A stretch of 64,000 bases of DNA from NCBI GenBank assembly GCA_041640655.1, contig JBEPZV010000008.1, positions 18,512-82,511 on the forward strand, in the 5' to 3' direction. Position 1 is the first letter of the stretch; each line of letters starts with the position of its first letter. The position numbers were made by a program, and so were the translations under genes. The notes beneath the pieces were generated by a model. It did no database searches, was not told the DNA's origin, and worked only from the letters and a program-made list of their open reading frames with translations. This document shows, in pieces, positions 18,600 through 28,383 of this stretch. This DNA is from a bacterium. Lineage in GTDB: Bacteria > Acidobacteriota > Blastocatellia > HR10.

Positions 18600-20015
18600 A
18601 TGGGTCGCAAGGGGACGATCCTGGTCATTGACGATGAGGAAGTGATGCGCGATGTCCTCGAGAGCCTGCTCACGGCCGAGGGCTATCGCGTGGACACCGC
18701 GCGCACGGGCGAAGAGGGATTGGAGAAATTCCGCGAACGCCCATATGATCTGGTCCTGCTCGACGTCTCCATGCCCGGCATGGGGGGGATTGCGACGCTG
18801 CAGGAGCTGCTGCGCATTGATCCCGAGGCCGTGGTCGTCATCATCACGGCCTATGCGACCTTCGAGACGGCGATGGCCGCTTGGCAACTGGGGGCCTTCA
18901 ACTGCATCCGCAAGCCGTTTCAGAACGATCAGATCATACAGGTGGTCGAGGCCGGGATTCGCCGCCGCCGCAAGGACGAGGAGCGCCGCATCCTGAGCCA
19001 GACGCTGCGACAAGGATCGGCTCTTCGCCAGATCATCGCGCGCAGTCCGAAGATGCGCAAGGTCCTCGATCTGGTCGCGCAGGTGGCCCCCACGCGCTCG
19101 ACCGTGCTGATCCAAGGCGAATCGGGAACGGGCAAGGAGCTGATCGCCCGCGCCATCCACTTCATGAGTCCGCGCGCGGAGACCGGTCAATTCGTCGCCG
19201 TCAACTGCAGCAATGTCTCCCCGGAGCTTCTGGAGAGCGACCTGTTCGGCCATGTCAAAGGGGCTTTCACCGGCGCCATCGCCGCCAAGAAGGGCCGATT
19301 CGAGATCGCCGATGGTGGCAGCATCTTTCTTGATGAGATCGGCAACATCAGCCTCGACATCCAAGCTAAGCTCCTGCGCGTCATCCAGGAGCGCGAGTTC
19401 ACGCCTGTCGGCGACACGACGACGCGGCGGGTGGATGTGCGGATCATCGCGGCCACCAATATTGATCTCAAGAAGGCCGTGAGCGAGGGGCGCTTTCGCG
19501 AAGACCTCTTCTATCGGCTCAACGTCATCACGATTCATCTGCCGCCGCTGCGGGAGCGGAAGGAGGACATCCTGCCGCTGGTCCAGCACTTCATCCGAAA
19601 GTTCAATGCCGAGAACCATCGGAACATCTCGACGGAGTTGGATCCGGAGGTGCTGCGCGCTCTGGAGGAATATCCGTGGCCGGGCAATGTGCGCGAGTTG
19701 GAGAACGTGATCGAGCGGGCCGTCATCATCGCGCGCGGCGATCGGATCACGCTCGACTGTCTGCCCGATGAGATCCTCGATCCGCGCGCGGCCGAGGAGT
19801 TCCTGCACCGCGTGAGGACGGACGATCTGGCGCGGGACATCCCCATCGCGCAGGGCATCTCCTTCTACGATGAGGTCGCTAAGTTCGAGATCAGCCTCAT
19901 CCGGCGCGCGCTGGAGATCACCGGCGGCAATCAGAGTCGCGCCGCGCGCTTGCTCGGGATGAACACGACGACGCTCAACAGCAAGATCAAAGCCTACAAT
20001 ATCAGCGTGAAATGA
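18600..20015 (+). CDS. Sigma-54-dependent response regulator (NtrC family bEBP)
   Basis: Receiver (VIDDE, LLDVSMPG, RKPF), GESGTGKE, intact GAFTGA, FLDEIG, WPGNVREL, Fis-type HTH. Confidence 0.96.
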   Translation: MGRKGTILVIDDEEVMRDVLESLLTAEGYRVDTARTGEEGLEKFRERPYDLVLLDVSMPGMGGIATLQELLRIDPEAVVVIITAYATFETAMAAWQLGAFNCIRKPFQNDQIIQVVEAGIRRRRKDEERRILSQTLRQGSALRQIIARSPKMRKVLDLVAQVAPTRSTVLIQGESGTGKELIARAIHFMSPRAETGQFVAVNCSNVSPELLESDLFGHVKGAFTGAIAAKKGRFEIADGGSIFLDEIGNISLDIQAKLLRVIQEREFTPVGDTTTRRVDVRIIAATNIDLKKAVSEGRFREDLFYRLNVITIHLPPLRERKEDILPLVQHFIRKFNAENHRNISTELDPEVLRALEEYPWPGNVRELENVIERAVIIARGDRITLDCLPDEILDPRAAEEFLHRVRTDDLARDIPIAQGISFYDEVAKFEISLIRRALEITGGNQSRAARLLGMNTTTLNSKIKAYNISVK

Positions 20016-20064
20016 GGGGCGGAGGCCTCGAGCGGGGTGCCGCATCGCGCGAGAGAGGGCCGAC

Positions 20065-21273
20065 ATGGTCGTCAGGCTTCGATTCCTGCAGTTCTCCGAC
20101 GTCCATCTGGACTCCCGATTGACCGGCTCGCAACTGGCCTGGCCCCAGGAGAAGCGCGAGCAGCGCCGCCGAGAGCTCACCAAGCTGGTGGAGAAAGCCT
20201 GCCGCCTCGCCCGCGAGCACAAGGTCGAGGCTCTATTCATCCCCGGCGATCTCTGGGATGATGAGGCGATCTCGGCCGAGACCATCGCGTGCGTCCGGGA
20301 GGCTTTCGCGTCGCTCGATCCCGTCCCCGTCTTCATCGCCCCTGGCAATCACGACTGCTGCTCGCCCACGTCGTTTTACTCCGACGAGGTCCTGCGCGCG
20401 CGCGGCATGCGCCCATGGCCGAAGAACGTCACCATCTTCCGAACGGCCGAATTCAGGACGGTGCCGCATCCGGCGCGCCCGGAGGTCACGGTCACCGGAC
20501 GCGCGCACGTGCGCAACGTGCCTTTGGAAGAGCGGCTGTTGAGCGCTCCGATTCCGCGTCCCCCAGCTTCAATAAGCGTGCTGCTCTTTCACGGATCATG
20601 GATCGAATACGCCGGGCGCGACCGCTTTGAGCAGGAGAAGATGTTCACAGCCCCATTCTCCCGCCAGGAGCTGCTCGCGCAAGGCTTCTCCTATGCGGCC
20701 CTCGGCCATTACCACCACTATGCCGAGATCACCGACGCGGAGGGGCGCGTGCGCGCCGCCTACACCGGATGTCTCGCCGGTCGCTATCTCTCGGAGGCCG
20801 GTCCTCATTACGCCCTGCTCGGGGAGATCGGCGAGCACGGCCTCCTCGCGATGGAGAAGATTCGCGTGGATGAGCGGATGATCCACGATGTGAAAGTGGA
20901 CGTGACCGGAGTTGAGACCGAAAGCGGCTTGCGCGAGCGCGTCATCGGGAGACTGCGCGAGCATGGCGCCACGGCCTCGGACATCATCTTCCTGCGGGTG
21001 CAGGGACGGCTTCCGCGGGGCCTTCGCCCGGCGTTCATCCTCGAAGATCTGCAACACGAGTATTTCCACCTGGCCCTCGCCGATCGCACGCGTCCGGCGT
21101 ATGATCTGGACACGGCCGATCCGCGCACGACGCAGGGTCGCTTCATCCAAGAGATGCGGCGGCGCATCACGGAGACGTCCGATCCACAGGAACGCGCGTT
21201 TCTGGAACGGGTGCTCGACTACGGCCTCGATGCGCTCATCCAGGGCGAGGTGAAGCCCATCTACGAGGAGTGA
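20065..21273 (+). CDS. SbcD/Mre11-like metallophosphoesterase nuclease (YhaO-like)
   Basis: SDVHLD, GDLWD, PGNHD, FHG, ALGHYH motifs. Confidence 0.88.
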   Translation: MVVRLRFLQFSDVHLDSRLTGSQLAWPQEKREQRRRELTKLVEKACRLAREHKVEALFIPGDLWDDEAISAETIACVREAFASLDPVPVFIAPGNHDCCSPTSFYSDEVLRARGMRPWPKNVTIFRTAEFRTVPHPARPEVTVTGRAHVRNVPLEERLLSAPIPRPPASISVLLFHGSWIEYAGRDRFEQEKMFTAPFSRQELLAQGFSYAALGHYHHYAEITDAEGRVRAAYTGCLAGRYLSEAGPHYALLGEIGEHGLLAMEKIRVDERMIHDVKVDVTGVETESGLRERVIGRLREHGATASDIIFLRVQGRLPRGLRPAFILEDLQHEYFHLALADRTRPAYDLDTADPRTTQGRFIQEMRRRITETSDPQERAFLERVLDYGLDALIQGEVKPIYEE

Positions 21274-21301
21274 CGCGCACCCATCAGGAGAGCGTGCGGC
21301 C

Positions 21302-24232
21302 ATGAAGATCGAACGCCTGCATCTGATCGGCTTCGGGAAGCTGCGGAATTGTGCGGTCGTCTTCGACCCCGACAAGGTGAACCTCCTCATCGAGGAGAAC
21401 GAATTCGGCAAGAGCACGATCGTCGCGGCCATCGTGGCTGCGCTCTACGGCTTCCCTCCCCGCGAGCGCACGACGCCGGATGCGCTCGCCGAGCGCGAGG
21501 TGTATCGTCCCGATGATGACGGACCATATCAGGTGAGCTTGGAGGTGCGCGTTCCCGATCGGCATGGCTGGACCCGCCTGCGCATCCTCAGGGACTTCCG
21601 CCGCGGCCGCCCGCGGGTCTACAACCTCTCGGAAGGAGGGAAGGAGATCACGGATGAGTTCGCCCAGCAGCGGAAGGAGATCGGGGAGATTCTTCTCGGG
21701 CTCTCTCGCGAACAGTTCGTGAACACGTGCCTCGTTCGACAGGCGGCGCTTCAAGTGCTTCCCGATCTGAGCGACCTCGCCGCGCAGCTTCAGAAGATCG
21801 CCGATGCCGAGACCGGGGATCGGACGGCGGCCGACGCCATAAGGGCCTTGAGGAAAGCCCTTCAGGAATTCCCCGCCTCGCGCATGGGGAGCGGGCCGCT
21901 GATGATTGACACCGAGCTCCAGCGCGCGAAGGCGGAATTGGAGCGCATTCATAAGGAGTTGGAGCAGTTGGATCAGGAGCGCCGCCGGATTGAACCGCAA
22001 CTGGTTCGAATCGGTGATCTGGAGCGCGAGATCGAAGAGGCGCAGGCGCGGCAGCGGCTCGCGCACTACTTGCGCGAACGCGCCGAATATGAGCAGCTGG
22101 AACGCGCGCGCGAGCGACGAGAGAGCCTCGAAGCGGAACGACATCGCCTGCGCCAGGAATACGAGGCGCTCGCGCCTTACGAGACGTTCCCGGCGGCGCA
22201 GCTCGCGAACCTGGAGAGTTGGATGGGCGCTCTGCGCCGGATCGCGCGCGAACGCGCGGCGCTCGAGGAGCAGCTCGGACACGCGCGTCGCCGATATGCC
22301 GAGATCCGAGAGCAGGAGGGACGATTCGGCCCGCTCGCGTCCTTCACTCCAGCAGATCGCGAGCAACTGGTCGTGCTCGCCGAGCAGTACAAAGAGCTTC
22401 ACGAGAAGATTCATGAAGGGCGGCAGAAAGTGCACGCCGAGCAGCAGCGACTCGCCGAGCGCGGCATTCACCTTGAGGAGTTCGAGCGATGGCGCGAGCG
22501 AGTGGGCACCCTCGATTTGGAGGAGCGTCGGCGCGCGCTCGAAGCCGAGGCGCGCCGGAGCGATCTCCAGCGCCAGAGCCGCCTCGCGGAAGAGCGCCGG
22601 GAAGAACATCTGGCGCTCTGCGCGGAGATCGAGCGAGAGCGCGATCGCGCGCGCCAATGGGCGGAACGCACGCTCATCCTCCCGCTGATGGGGGGCATCA
22701 TCACCTCGATCGCCCTCCTTCTCGGATTCGATCGCGCGAGCATTCTGCCCGGCCTTCTGACGGCACTGTCGCTCGGTCTCTGGCTCGCCCTTCGCCGCAC
22801 TGCCAGAACGCACCGTCGGCAGGAATGGATGCGCGCTCGAGCGGAAGCCGATCGCCTTCAGCAGCAGATCGAGAGCCTGCATATCGAGCGCGCGCAGCTT
22901 GAGGACCAGATGCGTCCGCTTCTCGCCCGGACGGGATTGGAGTCGTTGGAGTCTCTGGCGCACGCCTGCAGGCGGCTGGAGACCTTGACGGCGGAACTGC
23001 AGCCTCTGCTTTTTGAGCGCTCGACCCTTCGCGATCGTGAGCGCGAATTCGAGCAGAAGCGAGGCCAGCTCCGCGCGTTCCTGGATCGAGCCGGACGCCC
23101 GAGCGACGAACCGATTCAGGAGGAGATCGAACGCCTGATCCGAGATCTCGATCGCGTGTTCGAGCTCAAGCACGAGCGGACGCAGCTTGATGAGGAGCTG
23201 GCTCAAGAGGAAGCCAAACGAGAGGATGTGCTCCGAGAGGAACAGGAATACCGCGAGCGCATCCTCGCCCTGCTTCGGGAGGCCCATGCCGTTGATCCCA
23301 CGGAGACGACCCCATCGCTGGAGGGCATAGAAGCGGCGGTCGCGCGCTTTCGAGAGGGGATCGAGCGCTACAACGCCCTACAACGCGTGAAGCGAGAGCT
23401 CAAACAAGTGGAACGAGACCTCATGACGCTTCCCGAGCTTCCCATCCTCCTTGAGCAGCGCACGCGCGTGCGCGAGAGCCTCAGCCGGCGGGAAGCCGAG
23501 GATCCCGGACTCGCTGCCCATGTGCCCGAACGCTCCCCCGAGGAGTATGCGAGCGAAGCCGAACGCTGGAGCGCGTGCGAGCGCGCCCGGCATGAAGAAC
23601 TGAAGCGACTCCAAATGCAAATCGCCGCCATACTCGATCGCCATGAGAAGCGGCGCCCTGAGCTCCTCGAACAGGAGCAGGACTTGAAGCAGCATCTGGA
23701 GCGCGTCCAAAACTTCAAACGGGCCGTCGAGTACGCGCTCGAGGTCTTCGAGCGGATCGCGCGGGAGATTCACGATCAGTGGGCCGAAGCCCTCACGGAC
23801 ATCTCCAGCGAATTGCTCCGCACCCTTCAGACCGATTACGCGGCTCTCCGTTTCGATCGGGAGCTGCGGCTGCGCGTCGCCCTGAGGGAACGGGACGACA
23901 TCCTGCAGACGAATCAGCTTCGCTCGCAGCTCTCGCTCGGCACGCGCGAGCAACTCAGCCTGATCGCGCGCCTCGCTGTCAGCCGCTACCTCTCGCGCGA
24001 TCGTCGCCTGCCGCTCATCCTCGATGAACCCTTCGCCAACTCCGATGATGCGCGCTTCGCGCGACTCATGCGCCTTCTGCTCGGCGATCTCTCGCGCGAG
24101 CACCAGATTATTATCACCAGTTGCCACCGGCAGCGACACGAATGGCTCAAGACCCAATATCCCGACCTCTTCGTCCAGCGTGTCTATTGGTGCACCCTGG
24201 GTCCCCTTCACACCTCTGGGCCTTCGCGCTGA
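21302..24232 (+). CDS. SbcC/Rad50-like coiled-coil ATPase (YhaN-like) with central hydrophobic hairpin
   Basis: MKIERLHLIGFGKL, EENEFGKST (variant Walker A), long coiled coil, LSLGTREQL signature, PLILDEPFANSD Walker B/D-loop, ITSCH. Confidence 0.85.
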   Translation: MKIERLHLIGFGKLRNCAVVFDPDKVNLLIEENEFGKSTIVAAIVAALYGFPPRERTTPDALAEREVYRPDDDGPYQVSLEVRVPDRHGWTRLRILRDFRRGRPRVYNLSEGGKEITDEFAQQRKEIGEILLGLSREQFVNTCLVRQAALQVLPDLSDLAAQLQKIADAETGDRTAADAIRALRKALQEFPASRMGSGPLMIDTELQRAKAELERIHKELEQLDQERRRIEPQLVRIGDLEREIEEAQARQRLAHYLRERAEYEQLERARERRESLEAERHRLRQEYEALAPYETFPAAQLANLESWMGALRRIARERAALEEQLGHARRRYAEIREQEGRFGPLASFTPADREQLVVLAEQYKELHEKIHEGRQKVHAEQQRLAERGIHLEEFERWRERVGTLDLEERRRALEAEARRSDLQRQSRLAEERREEHLALCAEIERERDRARQWAERTLILPLMGGIITSIALLLGFDRASILPGLLTALSLGLWLALRRTARTHRRQEWMRARAEADRLQQQIESLHIERAQLEDQMRPLLARTGLESLESLAHACRRLETLTAELQPLLFERSTLRDREREFEQKRGQLRAFLDRAGRPSDEPIQEEIERLIRDLDRVFELKHERTQLDEELAQEEAKREDVLREEQEYRERILALLREAHAVDPTETTPSLEGIEAAVARFREGIERYNALQRVKRELKQVERDLMTLPELPILLEQRTRVRESLSRREAEDPGLAAHVPERSPEEYASEAERWSACERARHEELKRLQMQIAAILDRHEKRRPELLEQEQDLKQHLERVQNFKRAVEYALEVFERIAREIHDQWAEALTDISSELLRTLQTDYAALRFDRELRLRVALRERDDILQTNQLRSQLSLGTREQLSLIARLAVSRYLSRDRRLPLILDEPFANSDDARFARLMRLLLGDLSREHQIIITSCHRQRHEWLKTQYPDLFVQRVYWCTLGPLHTSGPSR

Positions 24233-24251
24233 GCCTCAAATCTTCGGAAGC

Positions 24252-24288
24252 TTCCAAATTTCTGGAAGATTCTTCCGAAAATTTGGAA
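24252..24288. promoter_or_regulatory. Tandem palindromic upstream activator sequence (TTCC-N8-GGAA x2)
   Basis: TTCCAAATTTCTGGAA (24252-24267) and TTCCGAAAATTTGGAA (24273-24288), 21 bp apart. Confidence 0.78.
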
Positions 24289-24311
24289 GCCCCGAAAGAC
24301 CGGTCTCTCGC

Positions 24312-24324
24312 TAAGTCATTGATT
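24312..24324 (-). promoter_or_regulatory. IHF-binding site
   Basis: AATCAATGACTTA on minus strand matches WATCAANNNNTTR; lies between UAS and sigma54 box. Confidence 0.65.
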
Positions 24325-24353
24325 TTTCGAAGTTGAAGCTTCACAGAGAGCCT

Positions 24354-24369
24354 TGGCACGATACTTGCT
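24354..24369 (+). promoter_or_regulatory. Sigma-54 -24/-12 promoter
   Basis: TGGCACGATACTTGCT, full match to TGGCACG-N4-TTGCW. Confidence 0.88.
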
Positions 24370-24422
24370 AAGTCAAAAAGCCGAAAAGAGCAGTGAAAAC
24401 CGAGCTAAGGGGGGCTTAGGGT

Positions 24423-27400
24423 ATGTTGAGACGAATCGTGGTGAGCCCACTCCTTCTGGTCTTCGGGCTCTTCCCCACCATCTGGGGACAGGCCAATACG
24501 GGACGATTGGATGGGACCGTTCAAGACCCGCAGGGGGCGTACCTGCCGGGGGTGAAGGTTGAGGTGGTGAACACCGCCACCAATGCCAAATGGACGACGC
24601 AGACCGACGCTCAAGGTGTGTTCATCTTCCCCGTTCTCCCGGTCGGCACGTACACGCTGACGGCTGAAGCTCCGGGATTCAAGAAGTTCGTGCGTGAGAA
24701 CATTCGCGTGGATGTGGCCGTCTACGCTTCGGTGAACGTGAGACTGGAGGTCGGGGGAGTTGTGGAAGAAGTCACCGTCACGTCTACCGGTGAGGAGGTC
24801 ATCAGTAAGACCAGTCAGGAGCTGACGACTGTCATCAGTCGGCGTCCGATCCTGGACATGCCGCTGGTCGCGCGCAATCCGATCACGCTGGCGACGCTCT
24901 CGGCGGGGGTCACGACATCCGGAGGCGAGCGCGCGTCGCGAATCAACGGCTTGCGCCAATCGGTCATCAACATCACGCAGGATGGGATCAACGTGCAGGA
25001 CAACTTCCTCCGTTCGGGCGACGGCTTCTTCATCATCTCCTCGCCAACGGTGGAGAATGTCGAGCAGTTCAGCATCACGACGAGCACAGCGGATGCATCG
25101 GCCACCGGCAGTGGGGCCGTCTTCATCCGTTTGGTGACGCCGAGCGGCAGCAATGAATTTCACGGCAGCCTCTTCGAATTCCATCGGAACACGGTCCTGA
25201 ATGCGAACTCGTTCTTCAACAATCTGACGGGCACGCCGCGCGAGAAGCTCATTCGCAATCAGTTCGGCGGGCGGGCGAGCTTCCCCATCGTGAAGAACAA
25301 GATCTTCATGTTCACCTCGCTCGACATCACGACCACCGCCAGTGAAGTCACGCGCAATCGGACGGTGTTGACCGAGGAGGCGCGCCGAGGGATCTTCCGA
25401 TATCGCGATACGAGCGGACAGATTCGAACGGTGGACCTCTTCCAGGCTGGGGGGATTGGGCCGGATCCGTTCATCATGCGGATCATCAACGAGCGGTATC
25501 CGCTGCCGAACAACTTCCAGATCGGCGACGGATTGGTCACGGGGGGATTCCGGTGGAACGTCCCGACGTTCAGTCGCGTCATTCGACCGAGCTGGCGCGT
25601 GGACTGGCGGATCAACAACACGCACACGGCGGAAGCGATCTATCACCTCGTCCGCTTTGATACAGACAATGACACCCTCAATGGCTTCGAGCCCATGTTT
25701 CCCGGCATGAAGGGGGGATTTCAAGACTCGTGGCGTTCGACCGGATCGTTCGCCGTTCGCTCGACCTTCGGCCCCGATAAGGTGAACGAGGCGCGATTCG
25801 GATTCCAGCGAGCTCCGGTCATCTTCGGGCAGGAATTCGACGCCTTCGAGCTGGGCGGAAAGTTCTACTGGGTGGACTTCCCTACGATCACCGACCCGCA
25901 TCTGATTGGGATCACCAGTGGTCGGAACACCTCGAACTTCCAGTGGCTCGACAACTTCGCCTGGATTCGCGGCCGGCATACGCTCCGCTTCGGCGGCGAC
26001 TTTCGTTCCATCGTCGGCAACCAGACGGCGAACACGACCGGGACGGTCCCGACGCTCACCATCGGCTTCAATGCGGCGAATCCCTCACCTCTGCCGACGG
26101 CGGCCTTCCCGGCGAGCACGACGGCGACGCGTACGCTGGCGCAGAACGTCTACGCGATCCTGATCGGTCAAATCGCGGGCGTCTCGCAGACCTTCAATGT
26201 GAAAGATCCGCAGTCGGGTTTCGTCGAGGGTGAATTCTTCCGCCACCGGATCCGACAGCGGTATTGGGGCTTCTACTTCTCCGACTCCTGGCGCGCGCGG
26301 CCGAACCTGACGTTCAACTACGGGATTCGGTACGAATACATGACGGTGCCCGATCAGCTGAACCGGCTGGCGCTTCAGCCTGTGGGCGGCGAGGCCGCAT
26401 ATTTTGGCATCTCCGGCAAAGGGAATCTCTTCCGCCCCGGGGTGATGACCGGATCGCCGGTGATGCTCGACCTGGCCGGCTCCTCCAATGGACGGAAGTT
26501 CTACAATGAGGACCTGAACAACTTCGCCCCCAGCTTTGGCTTCGCCTGGTCGCCGGAGCAACGGAACTGGTTCACGCGCGTCTTCTTCGGTGGACCGGGC
26601 AGGGGCGTCATCCGCGGCGGCTACTCGATCGCGTATTCCCTCGAGAGCGTGAGCGTGATCACTAATGCCTTGGGCAACAACCTGGGGTTCACCAAGACGA
26701 TCTCGCTCACGACGGCTGCTCAGGGGATCCAGGGCGGCGCGAACTTCACGTCGCTTCGCAACGGATGGCCGAAGCCAACCATTCCGGTCTTCCGCGTGCC
26801 GATTCCGCAACTGGAGAATTTCCGCGAGAATCGAGGCAGCGGAATCTTCGGCTTCGCCCAGGACCTGCGTACGCCCTATGTGCAGACCTGGTCGCTCAGC
26901 TACGGACGCGAACTCATGCCCAATCTCGCCCTGGAGGTCAGCTACGTGGGCAATCGCGGGGTGAAGCTCTGGCGCGGTATTGATCTCAATGAGACGAACA
27001 TCTTCGAGAACGGCTTCCTGCAGGAGTTCCTCAACGCGCAGCGGAATCTGGCGATCAGCCGGGCACAGGGCCGCGGCGCGCGCTTTGATAACCAAGGCCT
27101 GCCGGGTCAAGTGCCACTGCCGATCTTCGAGACGCTGTTCGCCGGACTGCCACTCTCCTCGGGCTTCGGCAATTCGACCTTCATCCTCCGCTTGGATCAG
27201 AACGAAGCCGGAGAGCTGGCCAGTCAACTCTTCCTGAACTTCCTCAACGCGCTGACCGGTCCGCGCGGCAATCTGCCGATCAACCTCTTCGTGGTCAATC
27301 CCGAGGCATTCTTCTCTGACGTGATCACCAATGGCTCCTCCTCCAACTACCATTCGCTTCAGGTGGAAGTGCGCCGGCGCTTCTCCGCGGGCTTGCAGTT

Positions 27401-28124
27401 CACGGCGAACTACACCTTCGGCAAAGCGCTCACGGACTTCGAAGGCTCTGGCTCCAACTTCGCGGCGTTCATCAGCCTGCGCCATCCGCGATACGAGTAC
27501 CGGCGCGCGAGCTTTGACACCCGGCACCGGTTCAATGCCTACTTCATTTACGAGCTGCCGTTCGGCTCGGGCAAGCGTTTCCTGAACACGAGCGGCTGGG
27601 TGGACAAGCTCTTCGGCGGATGGCAGATGAGCGGCATCTTCATCGCCTATACGGGGCAGCCGCTCTCGATCTTCTCCGGGCGCGGGACGATCAACCGCGC
27701 GGGCCGTTCGGGCAGCAATACCGTGGACCTCATCGGGATGACGGTGGAGGACCTGAAGAAGCTCGTGAGAGTGCGCAAGACGGGCTCCGGGGTCTTCTAC
27801 TTCGATCCCTCGTTGATCGGGCCCGATGGGCGCGCCGCGTCGAGCGTCTTCACCAATCCGCAGCCCGGGCGACTGGGCTCACTCGGCTTCGGTGTTCTGA
27901 GCACGCCCGGATACTGGCGCTTCGACTTCAACCTGCTCAAGCGCGTGCGCATCACTGAGGCGGTGACTTTCGAGTTCCGATCCGAGTTCTTCAACCTCTT
28001 CAATGCGGTGAGCTTCGGCGCCCCGACGACTGACATCAACAGCACGAACTTCGGGCGCATCAGTGGCCACAACGGCGCGTACGATCCGCGGATCGTGCAA
28101 TTCGGCGCGCGGATCAACTGGTGA
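24423..28124 (+). CDS. TonB-dependent receptor-like outer-membrane protein (Oar type, CarboxypepD_reg N-terminus)
   Basis: Signal peptide, GRLDGTVQDPQGA, SGSNEFHGSLFEFHRN...LNANSFFNN, NNFAPSFGFAWSP, PRIVQFGARINW; 1233 aa. Confidence 0.92.
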   Translation: MLRRIVVSPLLLVFGLFPTIWGQANTGRLDGTVQDPQGAYLPGVKVEVVNTATNAKWTTQTDAQGVFIFPVLPVGTYTLTAEAPGFKKFVRENIRVDVAVYASVNVRLEVGGVVEEVTVTSTGEEVISKTSQELTTVISRRPILDMPLVARNPITLATLSAGVTTSGGERASRINGLRQSVINITQDGINVQDNFLRSGDGFFIISSPTVENVEQFSITTSTADASATGSGAVFIRLVTPSGSNEFHGSLFEFHRNTVLNANSFFNNLTGTPREKLIRNQFGGRASFPIVKNKIFMFTSLDITTTASEVTRNRTVLTEEARRGIFRYRDTSGQIRTVDLFQAGGIGPDPFIMRIINERYPLPNNFQIGDGLVTGGFRWNVPTFSRVIRPSWRVDWRINNTHTAEAIYHLVRFDTDNDTLNGFEPMFPGMKGGFQDSWRSTGSFAVRSTFGPDKVNEARFGFQRAPVIFGQEFDAFELGGKFYWVDFPTITDPHLIGITSGRNTSNFQWLDNFAWIRGRHTLRFGGDFRSIVGNQTANTTGTVPTLTIGFNAANPSPLPTAAFPASTTATRTLAQNVYAILIGQIAGVSQTFNVKDPQSGFVEGEFFRHRIRQRYWGFYFSDSWRARPNLTFNYGIRYEYMTVPDQLNRLALQPVGGEAAYFGISGKGNLFRPGVMTGSPVMLDLAGSSNGRKFYNEDLNNFAPSFGFAWSPEQRNWFTRVFFGGPGRGVIRGGYSIAYSLESVSVITNALGNNLGFTKTISLTTAAQGIQGGANFTSLRNGWPKPTIPVFRVPIPQLENFRENRGSGIFGFAQDLRTPYVQTWSLSYGRELMPNLALEVSYVGNRGVKLWRGIDLNETNIFENGFLQEFLNAQRNLAISRAQGRGARFDNQGLPGQVPLPIFETLFAGLPLSSGFGNSTFILRLDQNEAGELASQLFLNFLNALTGPRGNLPINLFVVNPEAFFSDVITNGSSSNYHSLQVEVRRRFSAGLQFTANYTFGKALTDFEGSGSNFAAFISLRHPRYEYRRASFDTRHRFNAYFIYELPFGSGKRFLNTSGWVDKLFGGWQMSGIFIAYTGQPLSIFSGRGTINRAGRSGSNTVDLIGMTVEDLKKLVRVRKTGSGVFYFDPSLIGPDGRAASSVFTNPQPGRLGSLGFGVLSTPGYWRFDFNLLKRVRITEAVTFEFRSEFFNLFNAVSFGAPTTDINSTNFGRISGHNGAYDPRIVQFGARINW

Positions 28125-28185
28125 GGTGCTGGCCTGGCCCCCGCGGGCGAGCGGCGAGGCCGCCCGCAGGGGGCCACCGCCCGGC

Positions 28186-28214
28186 TTGACGCCCGCAGGC
28201 ATCCTCACTAAGAT
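28186..28214 (+). promoter_or_regulatory. Sigma-70 promoter of tRNA
   Basis: TTGACG-17-TAAGAT about 20 nt upstream of the tRNA. Confidence 0.7.
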
Positions 28215-28233
28215 ATACACCGGCAACTGCGGT

Positions 28234-28321
28234 GGGGATGTGGCGGAACTGGCAGACGCGCAGCGCTCAGGACGCTGTGGACGTTACGTCCGTGGAGGTT
28301 CAAGTCCTCTCATCCCCACCA
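28234..28321 (+). tRNA. tRNA-Leu (anticodon CAG)
   Basis: Acceptor GGGGATG/CATCCCC, discriminator A, encoded CCA; anticodon arm CAGCG-CTCAGGA-CGCTG; long variable arm; GGTTCAAGTCC T-arm. Confidence 0.97.
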
Positions 28322-28383
28322 CCCTTTTTCCGGGACTGAGCTTCCCGTCGCCCTGAAGATCGGCTAAACTCCCCGCGAGGGTT

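Noticed and set aside
18462..23287. Long antisense ORFs (628 aa at 18462-20348, 667 aa at 21284-23287) and similar ones opposite macA, M16, metG and sufB
   Set aside because: They lie opposite genes with clear family motifs, have no recognisable domains, and are expected shadows of high-GC codon usage
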